DNA of 64,000 bases from Paraspadella gotoi (lineage: Eukaryota > Animalia > Chaetognatha). Position numbers and translations under genes: made by a program. The notes below the pieces were generated by a model. That model was not told where the DNA came from and made no database searches. It was given only the letters and a program-made list of their open reading frames with translations. The stretch lies in NCBI GenBank assembly GCA_051294375.1, contig JBJCIZ010000040.1:62001-126000 (forward strand), given 5' to 3'. Numbering within the stretch: the first letter of the stretch is position 1; each line of letters starts with the position of its first letter. Shown piece after piece: positions 39,182-52,575 of this stretch.

Positions 39182-39230
39182 ATTTATAAAAGTGTTTATC
39201 ATCTAGCATAAAAAATTATTGGACACATAT

Positions 39231-39472
39231 TAGCGCGGAGTATAAATACAAGAAATAATAATGGACTTCTTGTGTCCTCCTAATTTTTTTAAACACAAGT
39301 AAAACTATTCCCTAAGATCAAAAAATAAAAAATTCGTTTGGCCAATTTTCCCGTTCTATCGATAAGATAAGATGCAAAAAAATCGGAAAAAATAGAAAAT
39401 TTAAAAATAAAATAAAAGTGGTTAGTAATATTAATAATCATATATCATATCTTGTATTTATGCTCCGCGCTA
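39231..39472. mobile_element. hAT-type MITE family 4 (inverted copy ~46112-46350)
   Basis: TIRs tagcgcggagtataaatacaaga / tcttgtatttatgctccgcgcta; TSD acacatat / acagatat (7 of 8). Confidence 0.85.
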
Positions 39473-41424
39473 ACAGATATGATATCGTTTGAATAACTTA
39501 AAAGTGGATTCCAACTTTCAGGTGATAAGGTGAGTCCTTCAATATTTTATCTGATGTATAAGAAATTCTTCAGTAGATGGTTTATTCAATAAAATTACCC
39601 TAAAATTTCTAAAGATTGTTAAGCCGAACCAGATTTTAAAAGCAAATGTGAAGCAGATTAGTGGCAATAATTTTTTACAATTGCAGTAAATTTTTGGAAT
39701 AAAATTTTTACTTTACCTTATGAATATAGATCTGACACTATTTAACAACATTAAGGACTATATTATTTATTAAGTTTCTATGTCATAAAATTTTACATTG
39801 TACAATCTGTTCTGCTTCACTCAGTAACAAACTCTACAAATCTTATATAGTCTCTGAAGGTATGTATCTATTTATGGTCAGTCTTTATATCTGCTCTCGT
39901 GAGGTAAAAGAGATGAGTAGGATAATAATATAATAGTAAAAGGTAAGTAGATGTAACAAAGGCAAAAAGAATACATAAAGGGAGTAAAGGGGAGAAGGAA
40001 GGTTTTTGGATCCCGAGACTGAGAGATGAGAAGTTGTGATGCCGATTTCCAAGACCCTCCGAGATTCAAGAATGAGGAGGAGGGGATGACGAGGGGAGCA
40101 GGAGACGCTGAGATGGGGAGTGAAAGGCTCTGGCGGTAGGGGGAGCTTCTATCCTGACAGTTCTTAAGTTAGCAGAGAATTTAAAAAACAGGAGAAATTT
40201 TAGTCAAAATTGTGCATTTTCTTATGGTGACAAAAAGAAAATCACCCTTAAGATGCCATATTTTCTAATTTCTTCAAAAAGTACATCTAGTTTTTAACTT
40301 GTTTCTCCATAGCAGACAGATTAGTTACAAAGTACAGTTTAAAGTAAAGCTTGCTGCAGTATCAATAGATATAAATTAAAAACAAAATGGATAAAAACAA
40401 TTAAATTATAATTTTATTTTTTACTTCAGATCAGAAATCATAATACGTGAATCAGTAAGAAATATCACTTGTAATTGATTATCAAAACAGTTTTGATTTT
40501 ATCAGGTAAGAAGACAAAAAACATTCCTTTATTTCAATGGAAACTTATACGGATTTTGCTTGAATTTTCCCCAACCCTTTCCATTGTTCCAATATGGAAG
40601 CTCTTTCAACCTGAAAAAAAAATATTACTGAGGAAAAAAACTTTAAACTTTAAGAAAGTATTTTTTTAAAAATAATTATGCTGTCATTTATCAACATTTT
40701 GCAACAAATTAAGACTGGTCTTAAAATTTTAAAAATTTTCATTTTAAAATTTTAGTAGTATATTCTTATCATTTTAAATCAATCTTGTTCACTAGTACGC
40801 AGTAATGTATAATATTTTGAAAAAAGACTGAAGTCTCTACCTTGCATTGCTGCTATTTTAAAACTAATTTTTACATGACTGTCTCTAATGCTGTTTGCAG
40901 GATCCAAACCCAAGACCTCCTATGGTAATATTTAAGGAGACATGGGTTTGAATCACACTGCTGCCACCACATTTAAGAAAAAACAGGTTGAGATTTTATT
41001 CTGAGAATAAAGGTGACGATGAGACACACGCAGGAGTCTTTTTCAGTTCTACTGAAACTAAAAAGAGTGAGGTTTATTTATAGCTAAGAAAGAGGATCGA
41101 CGACATTGGTAATATTTACAGTTCCGCTGATCCTGCAAGCTGATTGGTCGATTCCGGTTCCATCCTTGACCAATCAGGATTCGGCGATTTCATTTTGCCC
41201 AAGTCTCTGATACGATTTACTTTTGGTGGATGCGATGGTCAAAACACTTTAAAAAATATGCCTCCATAAGAATTAGTCGGTTTTATGATACCGCCATATT
41301 GTACTTAAAAATTAAAGGTTTAAAAATTTTGTTAAAAAAAATCATTGTTATGATTCTTTCTTTTCGTTGTTTAGGATTTAGGAAAAAACAGTTTTAATAG
41401 GCAACAACGATTTTATTATTGTAG

Positions 41425-41465
41425 ATCGGACAAGTTTCGACTCTGTCTCAGTCTTCATCAGCGAT
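41425..41465 (-). ncRNA. Minimal type I hammerhead ribozyme (Penelope type)
   Basis: atcg CTGATGA agac tgagacaga gtc GAAA c tt g TC cgat; stem I atcg/cgat, stem II gac/gtc. Confidence 0.8.
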
Positions 41466-42236
41466 TTTAATAATCAACAATTTTCTCTCTTTTAATATTA
41501 GTTTGGAGATAGAGAGAGAGAGAGAGAGAGAGAAAGGGAGATTCAACAAAGAATTTAGATAAGAGACAGTGTCACTAACCTAACCACTGGTCAGATGTGA
41601 GGACAGATGGAAGATAAGGAATGGAAGAAGATAAGATTGGTTGAAACTTGAAAGGTGAAAAATTCAGAGAGAGAGAGAGAGAAGCAAAAGAGCTAGAGAA
41701 ATAATTACATTTAACAATGTACAACAGAGTGAAAAATGGAAAAAACTTAATACTCAACTGTAATAACAAAGAAATTAATATATTATTAATCATTAAGAAT
41801 GAAATGTGAAAGGGAAAATAAGTGTAGGGATAGATAAGTAAAGATGTTAGTGAAAGTAAGATAAGAAAGAGCTCAAAAAAGAGCTGGCCCCCCGGCCATG
41901 GCAAATGTGGGACCGTGAGCGATGTGATCGGGTTATAGGCTTGTCATAGACTGGGAGAGGTATCTAGTAGGCTGGGTATGAGTACCAAGGCTGTTCTAAT
42001 GTCCTCTGGCCTATAAGCCTGCTGACGGCGCTCTCTTGCCTGACGATAGGCCGGGTGATTATCTGTTCTGGCCTGCTTAGATGCAGGGGATACAGATTCT
42101 CTCTCCTCTTCCTTCAGCCGTCGTTTTGGGCAACACTTGGTGCGAGGAAGGTTTGCCCATCAAGTTGCTGCAGGATCGGGAAAGGCATCGGGCGTCCATC
42201 GCTTGCCTGAGAGAGAGAAAATTGTTGATTATTAAA

Positions 42237-42280
42237 ATCGCTGATGAAGACTCTTAAGACAGAGTCAAAACTTGTCCGAT
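42237..42280 (+). ncRNA. Hammerhead motif with core GAAA mutated to AAAA
   Basis: atcg CTGATGA agactcttaagacagagtc AAAA cttgtc cgat. Confidence 0.65.
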
Positions 42281-42387
42281 CTACAATAATAAATCGTTGT
42301 TGCCTATTAAAACTGTTTTTCCTAAAAGTAAAAAATCTTAAAAGAATAGGATCGAGCTACCTTCAATGATAAGCAAATATTGATGCG

Positions 42388-43213
42388 GTGGCTGTGGGAT
42401 TCCTCCCACACGGGATTCCTCCAACTGTATTCCTCTCACATGGGATTCCTCCTACGCGGGATTCCTCCATGGATTTCTCCCACTCGAGATTCCTCCCACA
42501 GGGATTCCTCCCGCGAGATACCTCCCACATGGAATTCCTCCCCAAAGAATTCCTCCCACATGGATTCCTCCCATACGGATTTCTCCCTATGGATTCCTCC
42601 CACGCGGGATTCCTCCCACGCAGGATTCCTCCCGATGGATTCCTCTCGCACGATCTCCATGGAATTCCTCCACTGTGGATTCCTCCCACACGGGATTCCT
42701 CCCAAACGGGATTCCTCCCAGGCGGATTCCTCCACACGGGATTCCTCCCAACGAGGATTCTCCCTTAAATTATGATTAATTTCTTGTTGCATTTTTGTTG
42801 CAAGAAAAAATCAACTTAGATTCATTAAAAAAAATTTTTGTTTTTCTATTGGACAAAGTGGGAAAATCCTGCGTGGGAGGAATCCCGTTTGAGAGAATCC
42901 CGCATGGGAGAAATCCCATGTGGGAGGAATCCTGTGTGGAGGAATCCCATGTGGGAAAATCCTGTGTGGGAAGAATCCCACGTAGGAGGAATCCATTGTG
43001 GGAGGAATCCTGTGTGGGAGGAATCTCATGTGGGAGGAATCCTGTGTGGGGAGGAATTCCATGGGGAGGAATCTGTGGGAGGAACCCGTTGTGGGAGGAA
43101 TCCGTGTGGGAGGAATTCCTTGGGTGGAATCCCTTGGGGAGGAATCCCGTGTTGGAGGAAACCAGTGTGGGAGGAATCCCCGCGGGAGAATTCTGTTGGG
43201 AGGAATCCACAGC
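42388..43213. repeat. Foldback MITE of ~15-bp repeats (GGGATTCCTCCCACA), centre of a giant palindrome
   Basis: Two oppositely oriented arrays, ~42395-42766 and ~42860-43208, with a ~95-bp AT-rich spacer. Confidence 0.9.
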
Positions 43214-46200
43214 ACCCGCATTCAATATTGCTTATCATGAAGGTAGGCCGCATCCTATTCTTTTAAGATTTTTTTACTTTGGAAAAAACAGTTTTAATAG
43301 GCAAAACGATTTATTATGTAAGATCGCGACAAGTTTTGACTCTGTCTTAAGAGTCTCATCAGCGATTTTTTTAATAATCAAAATTTTCTTCTCTCTTCAG
43401 CAAGCGATGGACGCCCGATGCCTTTCCCGATCCTGCAGCAACTTGATGCAACTCTCTCCCACCAAGTGTTGCCAAAACGACGGTGAGGGGAAGAGGAGAG
43501 AGGAATCTGTTATCCCCTGCATCTAAGCAGCCAGAACAGATAATCACCCGCCTCATCGCTCAGGCAAGAGGAGCGCCGTCAGCAGCTTATCAGGCCAGAG
43601 GACATTAGAACAGCCTCGGCTACTCATACCCCAGCTACTAGATACCCTCCAGTCATAGACAAGCTATAACCGATCCAATCGCTCACGTCCCACATTTGCC
43701 AGCCGCGGGGGGCCAGCTCTTTTTTTGAGTCTTTCCTTATCTTACTTTCACTAACATCTTTACTTATCTATCCCTAAACCTTTTTTCCTTTCACATTTCA
43801 TTCTTAATGATTAATAATATATTAATTTCTTTTGTTATACTAGTTAGTATTTTAAAGTTTTTATTTTTCACTTCTGTTGTACATTGTTAAATGTAATTAG
43901 TTCTTCTAGCTCTTTTGCTTCTCTCTTCTCTCTTCTGACATTTTTTCACCTTTCAAGTTTCAACCAATCTTATCTTCTTCCATGTCCTTATCTTCACCTG
44001 TCCTCACATTGAACCAGTGGTTAGGTTAGTGACACTGTCTTTCTAATTCTTTGTGGAATTCCCTCTTTCTCCTCTTTCTCTCTCTCTTATCTCCAAAACT
44101 AATATTTAAAGAGAGAAAATTGTTGATTTTAAAATCGCTGAATGAAGACTGAGACAGAGTCGCAAACTTGTCCGATCTACAATAATAAAATCGTTGTTGC
44201 CTATTAAAAACTGTTTTTTCCTAAATCCTAAAACCAACGGAAAAGAAATAATCATAACAATGATTTTTTTTTAACAAAATTTTAAACTAGTACAATATGC
44301 GGAATCATAAAAACCGACTAATTCTTATGGAGGCATATTTTTTTAAAGTGTTTTGACCATCGCATTCCACCAAAAGTAAATCGTATCAGAGACTTGGGCA
44401 AAATGAAATCGCCCGAATCCTGATTTTGGTCAAGGATGGACCGGAATCGACCAATTCAGCTTGCAGGATCAGCGGACTGTAAATATTACCATGTCGTCGA
44501 TCCTCTTTCTTAGCTATAAATAACCCACTTTTTAGTTTCAGTAGAACTGAAAAAGACTCCTGCGTGTGTCTCATCGTCACCTTTATTCTCAGAATAAAAT
44601 CTCAAACCCTGTTTTTTTTTAAATTGGTGGCAGCAGTTGATTCCAACCCATGTCTCCTTAAAATATTACCATAGGAGGTCTTGGGTTTGGATCCTGCCAA
44701 ACAGCATAGAGACAGTCACTGTAAAAAATTAGTTTTAAAATAGCGCAATTGCAAGTAGAGACCTCCAGTCTTTTTTTCAAAATATAACATTATGCGTCTA
44801 GTGAACAAGATTGATTTAAATGCAATAGAATATACTACTAAAATTTAAAATGAAATTTTTAAATTTTAAGACCAGTCTTAATTTGTTTGCAAAATGTTGA
44901 TAAATGACAGCATAATTATTTTTAAAAAAAATACTTTCTTAAAGTTAAAGTTTTTTTTCCTCAGTAATATTTTTTTTTCAGGTTGAAAGAGGCTTCCATA
45001 TTGGACAATGGGAAAGGGTGGGGAAAATTCAAGCAAAATCCGTATAAGTTTCATATGAATAAAGGAATGTTTTTTGTCTCTTACCTGATAAAATCAAAAC
45101 TGTTTTGATAATCAATTACAAGTGATATTTCTTACTGATTCACGTATATGATTTTCTTTTGATCTGAAGTAAAATAAAATTATAGATTTTATTGTTTTTA
45201 TCCCATTTTGTTTTATTTATATTTGATACTGCATGCCAAGCTTTACTTTAAACTGTACTTGCTAACTAATCTGTCTGCTATGGAGAAACAGTTAAAAACT
45301 AGATGTACTTTTGAAAAATAGAAATATGGCATCTTAAGCGGTGATTTCTTTTTGTCATCATAAGAAAATGCACCAATTTTTGACTAAATTTTCCTGTTTT
45401 TTTAAATTCTCTGCTACTTAAGAACTGTCAGGATAGAAGCTCCCCCTACCGCCAACCTTCACTCCCCATCTCAGCGTCTCTGCTCCCCTGGTCATCCCCT
45501 CCTCCTCATTCTTGAATCTCGGAGGTCTTGGAAATCGGCATCACAACTTCTCATTCTCAGTCATCGGGATCCAAAAACCTTCCTTCTCCACCTTTACTCC
45601 CTTTATGTAATTCTTTGCCTTGTTTACATCTACTTACCTTTTTACTATTATATTATTATCCTACTCATCTCTTTTACTCTCACGAGAGCAGAATAAAGGA
45701 CTGACCATAAATAGATACATACCTTCAGAGACTATATAAGATTTGTAGAGTTTGTTACTGATGAAGCAGAACGAGATTGTACATGTTAAAAATTTTATGA
45801 CATAGAAACTTAATGAAATAATATAGTCCTTTAATTGTTGTTAAATAGTGTCAGAATTCTATATTCATAAGGTAAAGTAAAAATTTTATTCCAAAAATTT
45901 ACTTGCAATTGGCTAAAAATTATTGCCAATAATCTGCTTCACATTTGCTTTTAAAATCTGGTTCGGCTTAAAATCCTTTAGAAAATTTTAGGTAATTTTA
46001 TTGAATAAACATCTACTGAAGAATTTCTTATACATCAGATAAAATTTGAAGGACTCACCTTATCACTGAAAGTTGGAATCCACTTAAGTTATTCAAACGA
46101 TATCATATCTGTTAGCCGGAGCATAAATACAAATATGATATATGATATTAATATTACTAACCTTTTATTTTATTTTTAAATTTTCTATTTTTTCCGATTT

Positions 46201-49200
46201 TTTTTGGCATCTTATCTTATCGATAGAACGGGAAAAATTGGCCAAACGAATTTTTATTTTTTGATCTTAGGGAATAGTTTTACTTGTGTTTAAAATAAAT
46301 TAGGAGGACACAAGAAGTCATTATTATTTCTTGTATTTATACTCCGCCTAATATGTGTCCAATAATTTTTTATGCTAATGATAAACACTTTTATAAATTT
46401 AAAAAATCCGTGTCGAAACCGATAGGCCAGAAGGAATCCGAGAAGTCGTCGGCGAGACTCAAGAATCCATAGCGTGTTTCTCGCGCTATCATAGATCGGG
46501 AATGTATGATTGATCGGACGCGAGGGTTTCGATTTGAAATGGCGCTGATCGCGCTGAAATTCGAGTTTCTCATGACGATCTTTATCCGGGTTTTCGTCCG
46601 TTTGCGCGACGGTTATGCGGAGGAGGATGATATAATCAACCTCGACGTCTTCGAGGTCTGCATCAAGGACGATAACCTGAACGCCATTCCTCATTAACTC
46701 TCGTTATTCGTCGTTCGGGCGGTTTGTCCTGAAGCAAAAATTTCAGACGCGAACAAACGTTTTCTCTTGCCCCATCTTCCCACGTCCTCTTTCAGCACGA
46801 TGAACGAGTTAATAAGGGCAGTTTACTAATTTTGAATAAAGCTTAATGTAACTTGCGGATAAGAAGGGGAAACATATATAGCTAAATTTTCAATTCAATT
46901 AATCGATTACTTAAATGAATGCACAATGAGATAAAGTAAATCAAACTTATATTTGCTGCTATAATAAACCCAATACTTTGAAAACTACTAAACTAACTTT
47001 GAAAACTAACTGGTTAGCACGGTAATCTAGAAGGCGAGAGGTCTTGACAGTGAGAAGGCAGTGAGGACAATTATTCATCAGGCTACAGGCGTTGCTTCCA
47101 ATCTCTCGCACAAGTATACTAATTGAACTGCTGTATGTTTAGAAATTGTTTGACTCAAGGTAAGCTGACGGTAACGAATACGATAAAATTATAAATACCA
47201 ATGCGCTGAAGAATAAGCCACCAAAATAGCTTCAATTGGGCAAATTGGTGTAAATTATCTTTTAAACGGCAGTTAAAATTAAGAATGTCGGTTAAGGCTG
47301 GATCACTGGCCAAAAGTTATAATTAGGATTAAATAAGCTTGTATTCGAAAAGTAGAGGTCAGTTGATCTGAAAAGATTCACTTTATCTTTCCTCTCGATC
47401 CATGCGTTTTTTTTCGAATTTATAATACTATATAAAATAAAAGGAAACCTTCGGAAGAGTTGCGGCCCAACGGCTAAAGGATTTTCATGAAATTTTCATA
47501 AATTACTTGAGACAAGGGTCCCAATTCTATGAGAGGGATTTTTCAAATTCACTTATCTTCATAAGAAAAAAAAAAAGAATAGAAAATTTTGGCATTAAAT
47601 TTTAAATATCTTGAAACTAATAATATTTTCCAAATCCTCTCATAGAATTTCTCCACCTTTCCATACTTATAAAAATAATTTATTTATTTTCTATTTCAAA
47701 CGGTTTTAGCTACTCTTTTTTTGTTTATTTTTTTTTTTATTTTTTTATTTTTTTTCTGTAGATTTTACAGAAACTAAAGTCGAGCAAGAACTTTAAAATC
47801 GATACGCTTTTCCGAAATCTATTTCATTCTAGTTTAATGATGGCTTTACGATCTTTAAAGTTTTATCCAAATTTTGTACAATTTTTTTTTTAATTAACAA
47901 ATGGCTGTGGCTGGGGAAAGCATCAGTAAACAAGGAGGAATGGCTGTTTATTATTTTTTTCTCAGTCTTGTTTTGAACAGTTTTGAACTGGGAACAGAAA
48001 CTAAATGTCAAAAGCAACATGAGGCTGGTCCGTCTGTGGAATCTGTGGCAGTCTATGGCACCATTGAGGGTTGTTATCAAAGTGGGACCCAACTTCAGAT
48101 GCCAGGGGACGAATGTCTTTGAATTTTTACAATTTTACAATTTTATCATTCTTTTATAATAAAATGATAATAGACATCCTCATAATAAGCGTTCTGTTCT
48201 TCTCTCTACATAAACGTTTAGTTTCATCATTATTGATTCTATAACATAATGGAATGACTGGTTTTTAGTTGTTAGTATTACACGAGGTAGGTGCTGTTTA
48301 ATGAAAAAAAAATTAAAATTTTGCGTTTTAAAAATGACTTTACGTGTTGGATGAAATTTTTAGGTTTACTGAATAAAAAAAATGCCTCTTGAGCTGAACC
48401 TTAATCAAATTTAGAGTTTTTTTTTTTTGAAACGTGAAGGGAATACACTTCTTTGACATATAATAAATTGTACAAACTTTACTGCAATTCTGTTTGAATG
48501 ATCCAGGCCTTAAAACCCTTTTTTTTTTTGAAATAAGGTATTTGAGCTCCGAGAGACTATAAATAAGTTCTATCTAAAAGTAGCTAATAAGACTAAAATA
48601 TTCCGGAAATTAAATTATGAATTATATAAAATTGAATCGCGATTAGTTAAAGCTAAGATATGATGTAGAATAATTAGCTATTATTTACATATCGTCCCTT
48701 GTATTGGGATAATAGTAAACGGTGACCTCTTCTTCTGATAGTACTGATTCAGGGCCAATATCCCTAGAGTTTGAAAGGAAGTTTCTAGCAGAACTAATTG
48801 GGGACTAGTTGAAGTGGTAGACCCACGAGGAGCCCTGGGTTGTAATCGTCATCAAATTTTTTTGTTGGTTTTTCTTTTAAAGGTGGCAGGATTTTTGAAG
48901 AATCGAGACAGTGAGGTCATAGGGGATAGGTGACCTCATAGACGGATCGGAGGATTCATCTGGGAACCACTGTTGGAGGACTGAAGAGAGATAGTTTCTG
49001 GATCATCGGGTGAAGAATTCTGATTCACAATGCATGTTGTAGGCGCTTGGTTTCGCCTCTGTTCTTGTTTCAAACACATCAGGGCTAGTCAATCCAAGGC
49101 TTCCTCCTTCTTCCGGCAGTAATGGAGTGCTGGGCTTTCAGCTTTGCTGTAGGGTGTGGCTTTGCCCTTAGTGTGCCCAAATAATGAACTATCTTTGGAT

Positions 49201-50745
49201 TGGTCGGTCGAGAGGATTTTTCTTCCACATCTCATCAGTATCATCTGGGTTGAGATGCTGCGGAGGTAGAGGGTTGAGGATCAGCTTCTGCTTGATCTTC
49301 TCTCTTCCAGTTGGATTGTGACATGGATAGAGCTGTGTTTATGAGGTACAGGATTCGCAGGCTCGTCGGCGTGGGATCAGGAGGGCCGAGGGTTCATTAG
49401 TATTGTTTATGATTGCGAATATTTCTAATGCCATTTTTTGTTTTAGTTTCCCTTGGTTGGTATTGGCTTTCTCATAACTCTTTGGTCTGTTGCATTAACT
49501 TTTTAAGGTGTTTGAAGTTTCGGCGGCGTTTGCTTCCATCTCTACCTCGCACCAATATGTTGTTCCAGATCTCCTTTGGAACTTGGAGCGTTTGTTATTC
49601 TTGAGGGAACTGACCATTTTGGGTCTAGCTTTTCTCTAAGGCCATTGGAACTCTTTTCGTATACCAGATCGCCTTCTGAAGAGGGTATGTTTGGATTTCC
49701 TGTTGTAAGTTTCTCTTCAGTGCTCTTTTCTTTCTGTGCGTATTCTTGCTTCATCATGATCATTTTTACTGGTTTTGCACTTTATCTATATAATCTTGCA
49801 AAGTGCGTTTTTCTTCTATCAATTTCCACTCCGGTGAAGCTGGGAGAGGAGGGCTCGCGGCTAAAGAACAGCAGGTATGGTCATATTAGTACGTGCAAAC
49901 GGAGTGTGTTGTACGACCATTCAAACAATAGGAAGGTGATCAATCCAGACTTCCCATATTGGAGTAGTCTTTTGGTTAGGTTTTAATTATTGTTCGGTCT
50001 GTCTTTCCACGTTGCTTGTGTCTGGGACGGTAGCTACACTTGTTCTCTTCTTCGTGCAATAATTTGGCAAACTGCTTTGACAACGTCAGCGATGAATTCG
50101 CCACATTATCGGAAGTTAACAACTTTGAGGGCAGCGAAGCAAACTAGGTTTTCAACGCTTTGGCAATACCTGTCGCGTTTTTGTTCCTAGTTTATAAGTT
50201 TCACATAACTGAGAAAAACGTCCTTGAAGACAAGACATACTTCATGTCGCCTGGGGCTGTGGGTAGCTTTAGCAGATCGCATATAACATGGTCAAAACAC
50301 ATTTTTGGCAACGATTGATTGTAATGTGTTTTGTTCTTTGGGGTTTGTTCATTGACCTGGTCGCATATCTTGCTATTTTGAGATGTTTGCAAAATCTTTG
50401 CCTACCCTGGCCAGATAGCGTAACGTCTTACTTTCTCCACATCTTTTTGATTGATGATGGCCGGAAAACACTGAGCGTGGAAATCGTTCAGAACGTCATT
50501 TACAAGTAATCGGGATTACTGTGTAAAATGGCAGGGCTTCAGTTATGGAATTTTTTTCCTACCGAGCGTTCCATCTTCATAATTCGTCATTGTTCTTGTT
50601 CTTCTCTCAACTTCTGAGTTTCGCTTTCATTTGCATTGAAGTTTACTGGCGTTGGTTTGTCGAGATCATCTATGCCTAAGAGACTGAATCATCTTCGAAG
50701 GGGTGGATTGATTCGGGAGGGTCGTGGGATAATGCATAATCTTGG
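43205..50745 (-). repeat. Inverted duplication of 35231-42390, including Gypsy A copy 4 (46400-50745)
   Basis: Continuous reverse-complement match until the N gap at 50746. Confidence 0.93.
47296..48509. mobile_element. Kolobok-like non-autonomous DNA transposon (noisy copy ~57150-58150)
   Basis: TTAA TSD at 47292-47295 and 48510-48513; TIR ggctggatca / tgatccaggcc starting GG; single ttaa at the empty site ~38253. Confidence 0.78.
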
Positions 50746-50770
50746 NNNNNNNNNNNNNNNNNNNNNNNNN

Positions 50771-52238
50771 GAGAAAATAATTACATTTAACAATGTACAA
50801 CAGAGTGAAAAATGGAAAAACTTAATACTCAACTAGTAATAACAAAAGAAATTAATATATTAGTTAATCATTAAGAATGAAATGTGAAAGGGAAAATAAG
50901 TTGTTAGGGATAGATAAGTAAAGATGTTAGTGAAAGTAAGATAAGGAAAGAGCTCAAAAAAGAGCTGGCCCCCCCGGCCTGGCAAATGTGGGACGTGAGC
51001 GATGTGATCGGGTTATAGGCTTGTCATAGACTGGGAGGGTATTCTAGTAGGCTGGGGTATGAGTACCAAGGCTGTTCTAATGTCCCTCTGGCCTGATAAG
51101 CCTGCTGACGGCGCTCCTCTTGCCTGACGNNNNNNNNNNNNNNNNNNNNNNNNNNNNNNNNNNNNNNNNNNNNNNNNNNNNNNNNNNNNNNNNNNNNNNN
51201 NNNNNNNNNNNNNNNNNNNNNNNNNNNNNNNNNNNNNNNNNNNNNNNNNNNNNNNNNNNNNNNNNNNNNNNNNNNNNNNNNNNNNNNNNNNNNNNNNNNN
51301 NNNNNNNNNNNNNNNNNNNNNNNNNNNNNNNNNNNNNNNNNNNNNNNNNNNNNNNNNNNNNNNNNNNNNNNNNNNNNNNNNNNNNNNNNNNNNNNNNNNN
51401 NNNNNNNNNNNNNNNNNNNNNNNNNNNNNNNNNNNNNNNNNNNNNNNNNNNNNNNNNNNNNNNNNNNNNNNNNNNNNNNNNNNNNNNNNATAAAATCGTT
51501 GTTGCCTATTAAAACTGTTTTTTCCTAAAAGTAAAAAAATCTTAAAAGAATAGGATCGAGCCTACCTTCAATGATAAGCAAATATTGATGCGGGTGGCTG
51601 TGGTATTCCTCCCACACGGGATTCCTCCCAACTGTATTCCTCTCACATGGGATTCCTCCTACGCGGGATTCCTCCCCATGGGATTTCTCCCACTCGAGAT
51701 TCCTCCCACACGGGATTCCTCCCCGCGAGATACCTCCCACATGGAATTCCTCCCCAAAGAATTCCTCCCACATGGGATTCCTCCCATACGGATTTCTCCC
51801 TATGGAATTCCTCCCACGCGGGATTCCTCCCACGCAGGATTCCTCCCCATGGAATTCCTCTCGCACGGGATTCCTCCCCATGGAATTCCTCCCACGTGGG
51901 ATTCCTCCCACACGGGATTCCTCCCAAACGGGATTCCTCCCAGGCGGGATTCCTCCCACACGGGATTCCTCCCACACGGGATTCCTCCCCTTAAATTATG
52001 ATTAACTTTCTTGTTGCATGTTCTTGTTGCAAGGAAAAAAATCAACTTTAGATTCATTAAAATAAAATTTTTGTTTTTTCTATTGGACAAAGTGGGAAAA
52101 ATCCTGCGTGGGAGGAATCCCGTTTGAGAGGAATCCCGCATGGGAGAAATCCCATGTGGGAGGAATCCTGTGTGGGAGGAATCCCATGTGGGAAAATCCT
52201 GTGTGGGAAGAATCCCACGTAGGAGGAATCCCGATGAT
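50771..52238 (+). repeat. Direct copy of ~41695-42995 (Penelope fragment plus foldback MITE), gapped
   Basis: Colinear match, flanked by and containing N runs. Confidence 0.85.
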
Positions 52239-52304
52239 AANNNNNNNNNNNNNNNNNNNNNNNNNCTTTCACTCATACACGCATTTGTTTGTTTTATTTA
52301 TGAA

Positions 52305-52575
52305 TGAATGATTCATTGCGTCAATGAATGACTATCATCGCTCAATGAATGACTATCACGTTCAATGAATATTATCTCACACTCAATGAATGACTATTCA
52401 TTGCATCAAATCATTTGGCTGTATTATTACATCAATCATTTGGTTATCATCACACACGATCATTTGATTATCATCGCACATCAATTTTGCGTAATCATCA
52501 CATCAATATTTGGTTATCATCGCATTTAAAATATTTGGTTATCATCGCATCAATCCTTGTTATCATCGCATCAAT
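52305..52575. repeat. ~21-22-bp minisatellite (atcatcgcatcaatatttggtt / tcaatgaatgactatca); second copy 61770-62045
   Basis: About 12 degenerate tandem units. Confidence 0.8.

Larger units (their letters stand above)
41380..42327 (-). mobile_element. 5'-truncated Penelope-like element bounded by inverted pseudo-LTRs (further copies ~43280-44225, 53500-54450, 62775-63780; partial 50771-51530)
   Basis: ~110-bp inverted repeats at 41380-41490 and 42210-42327, each with a hammerhead motif and aataa; GC-richer ORF-tail remnant between them. Confidence 0.7.

Noticed and set aside
42388-43213. CRISPR-like array (also the 15-bp triplet at 11547-11630)
   Set aside because: No unique constant-length spacers, no cas genes, and a eukaryotic context.
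42363-43526. Many overlapping ORFs (GRNP/WEES/GIPP), also at 51525-53458 and 62000-62775
   Set aside because: They arise in all frames from a stop-poor 15-bp tandem repeat and are not genes.
47990-48080. PHD-like CGIC..WH remnant in the Kolobok-like element
   Set aside because: Short, bounded by stops, and the only second copy is too noisy to confirm it.
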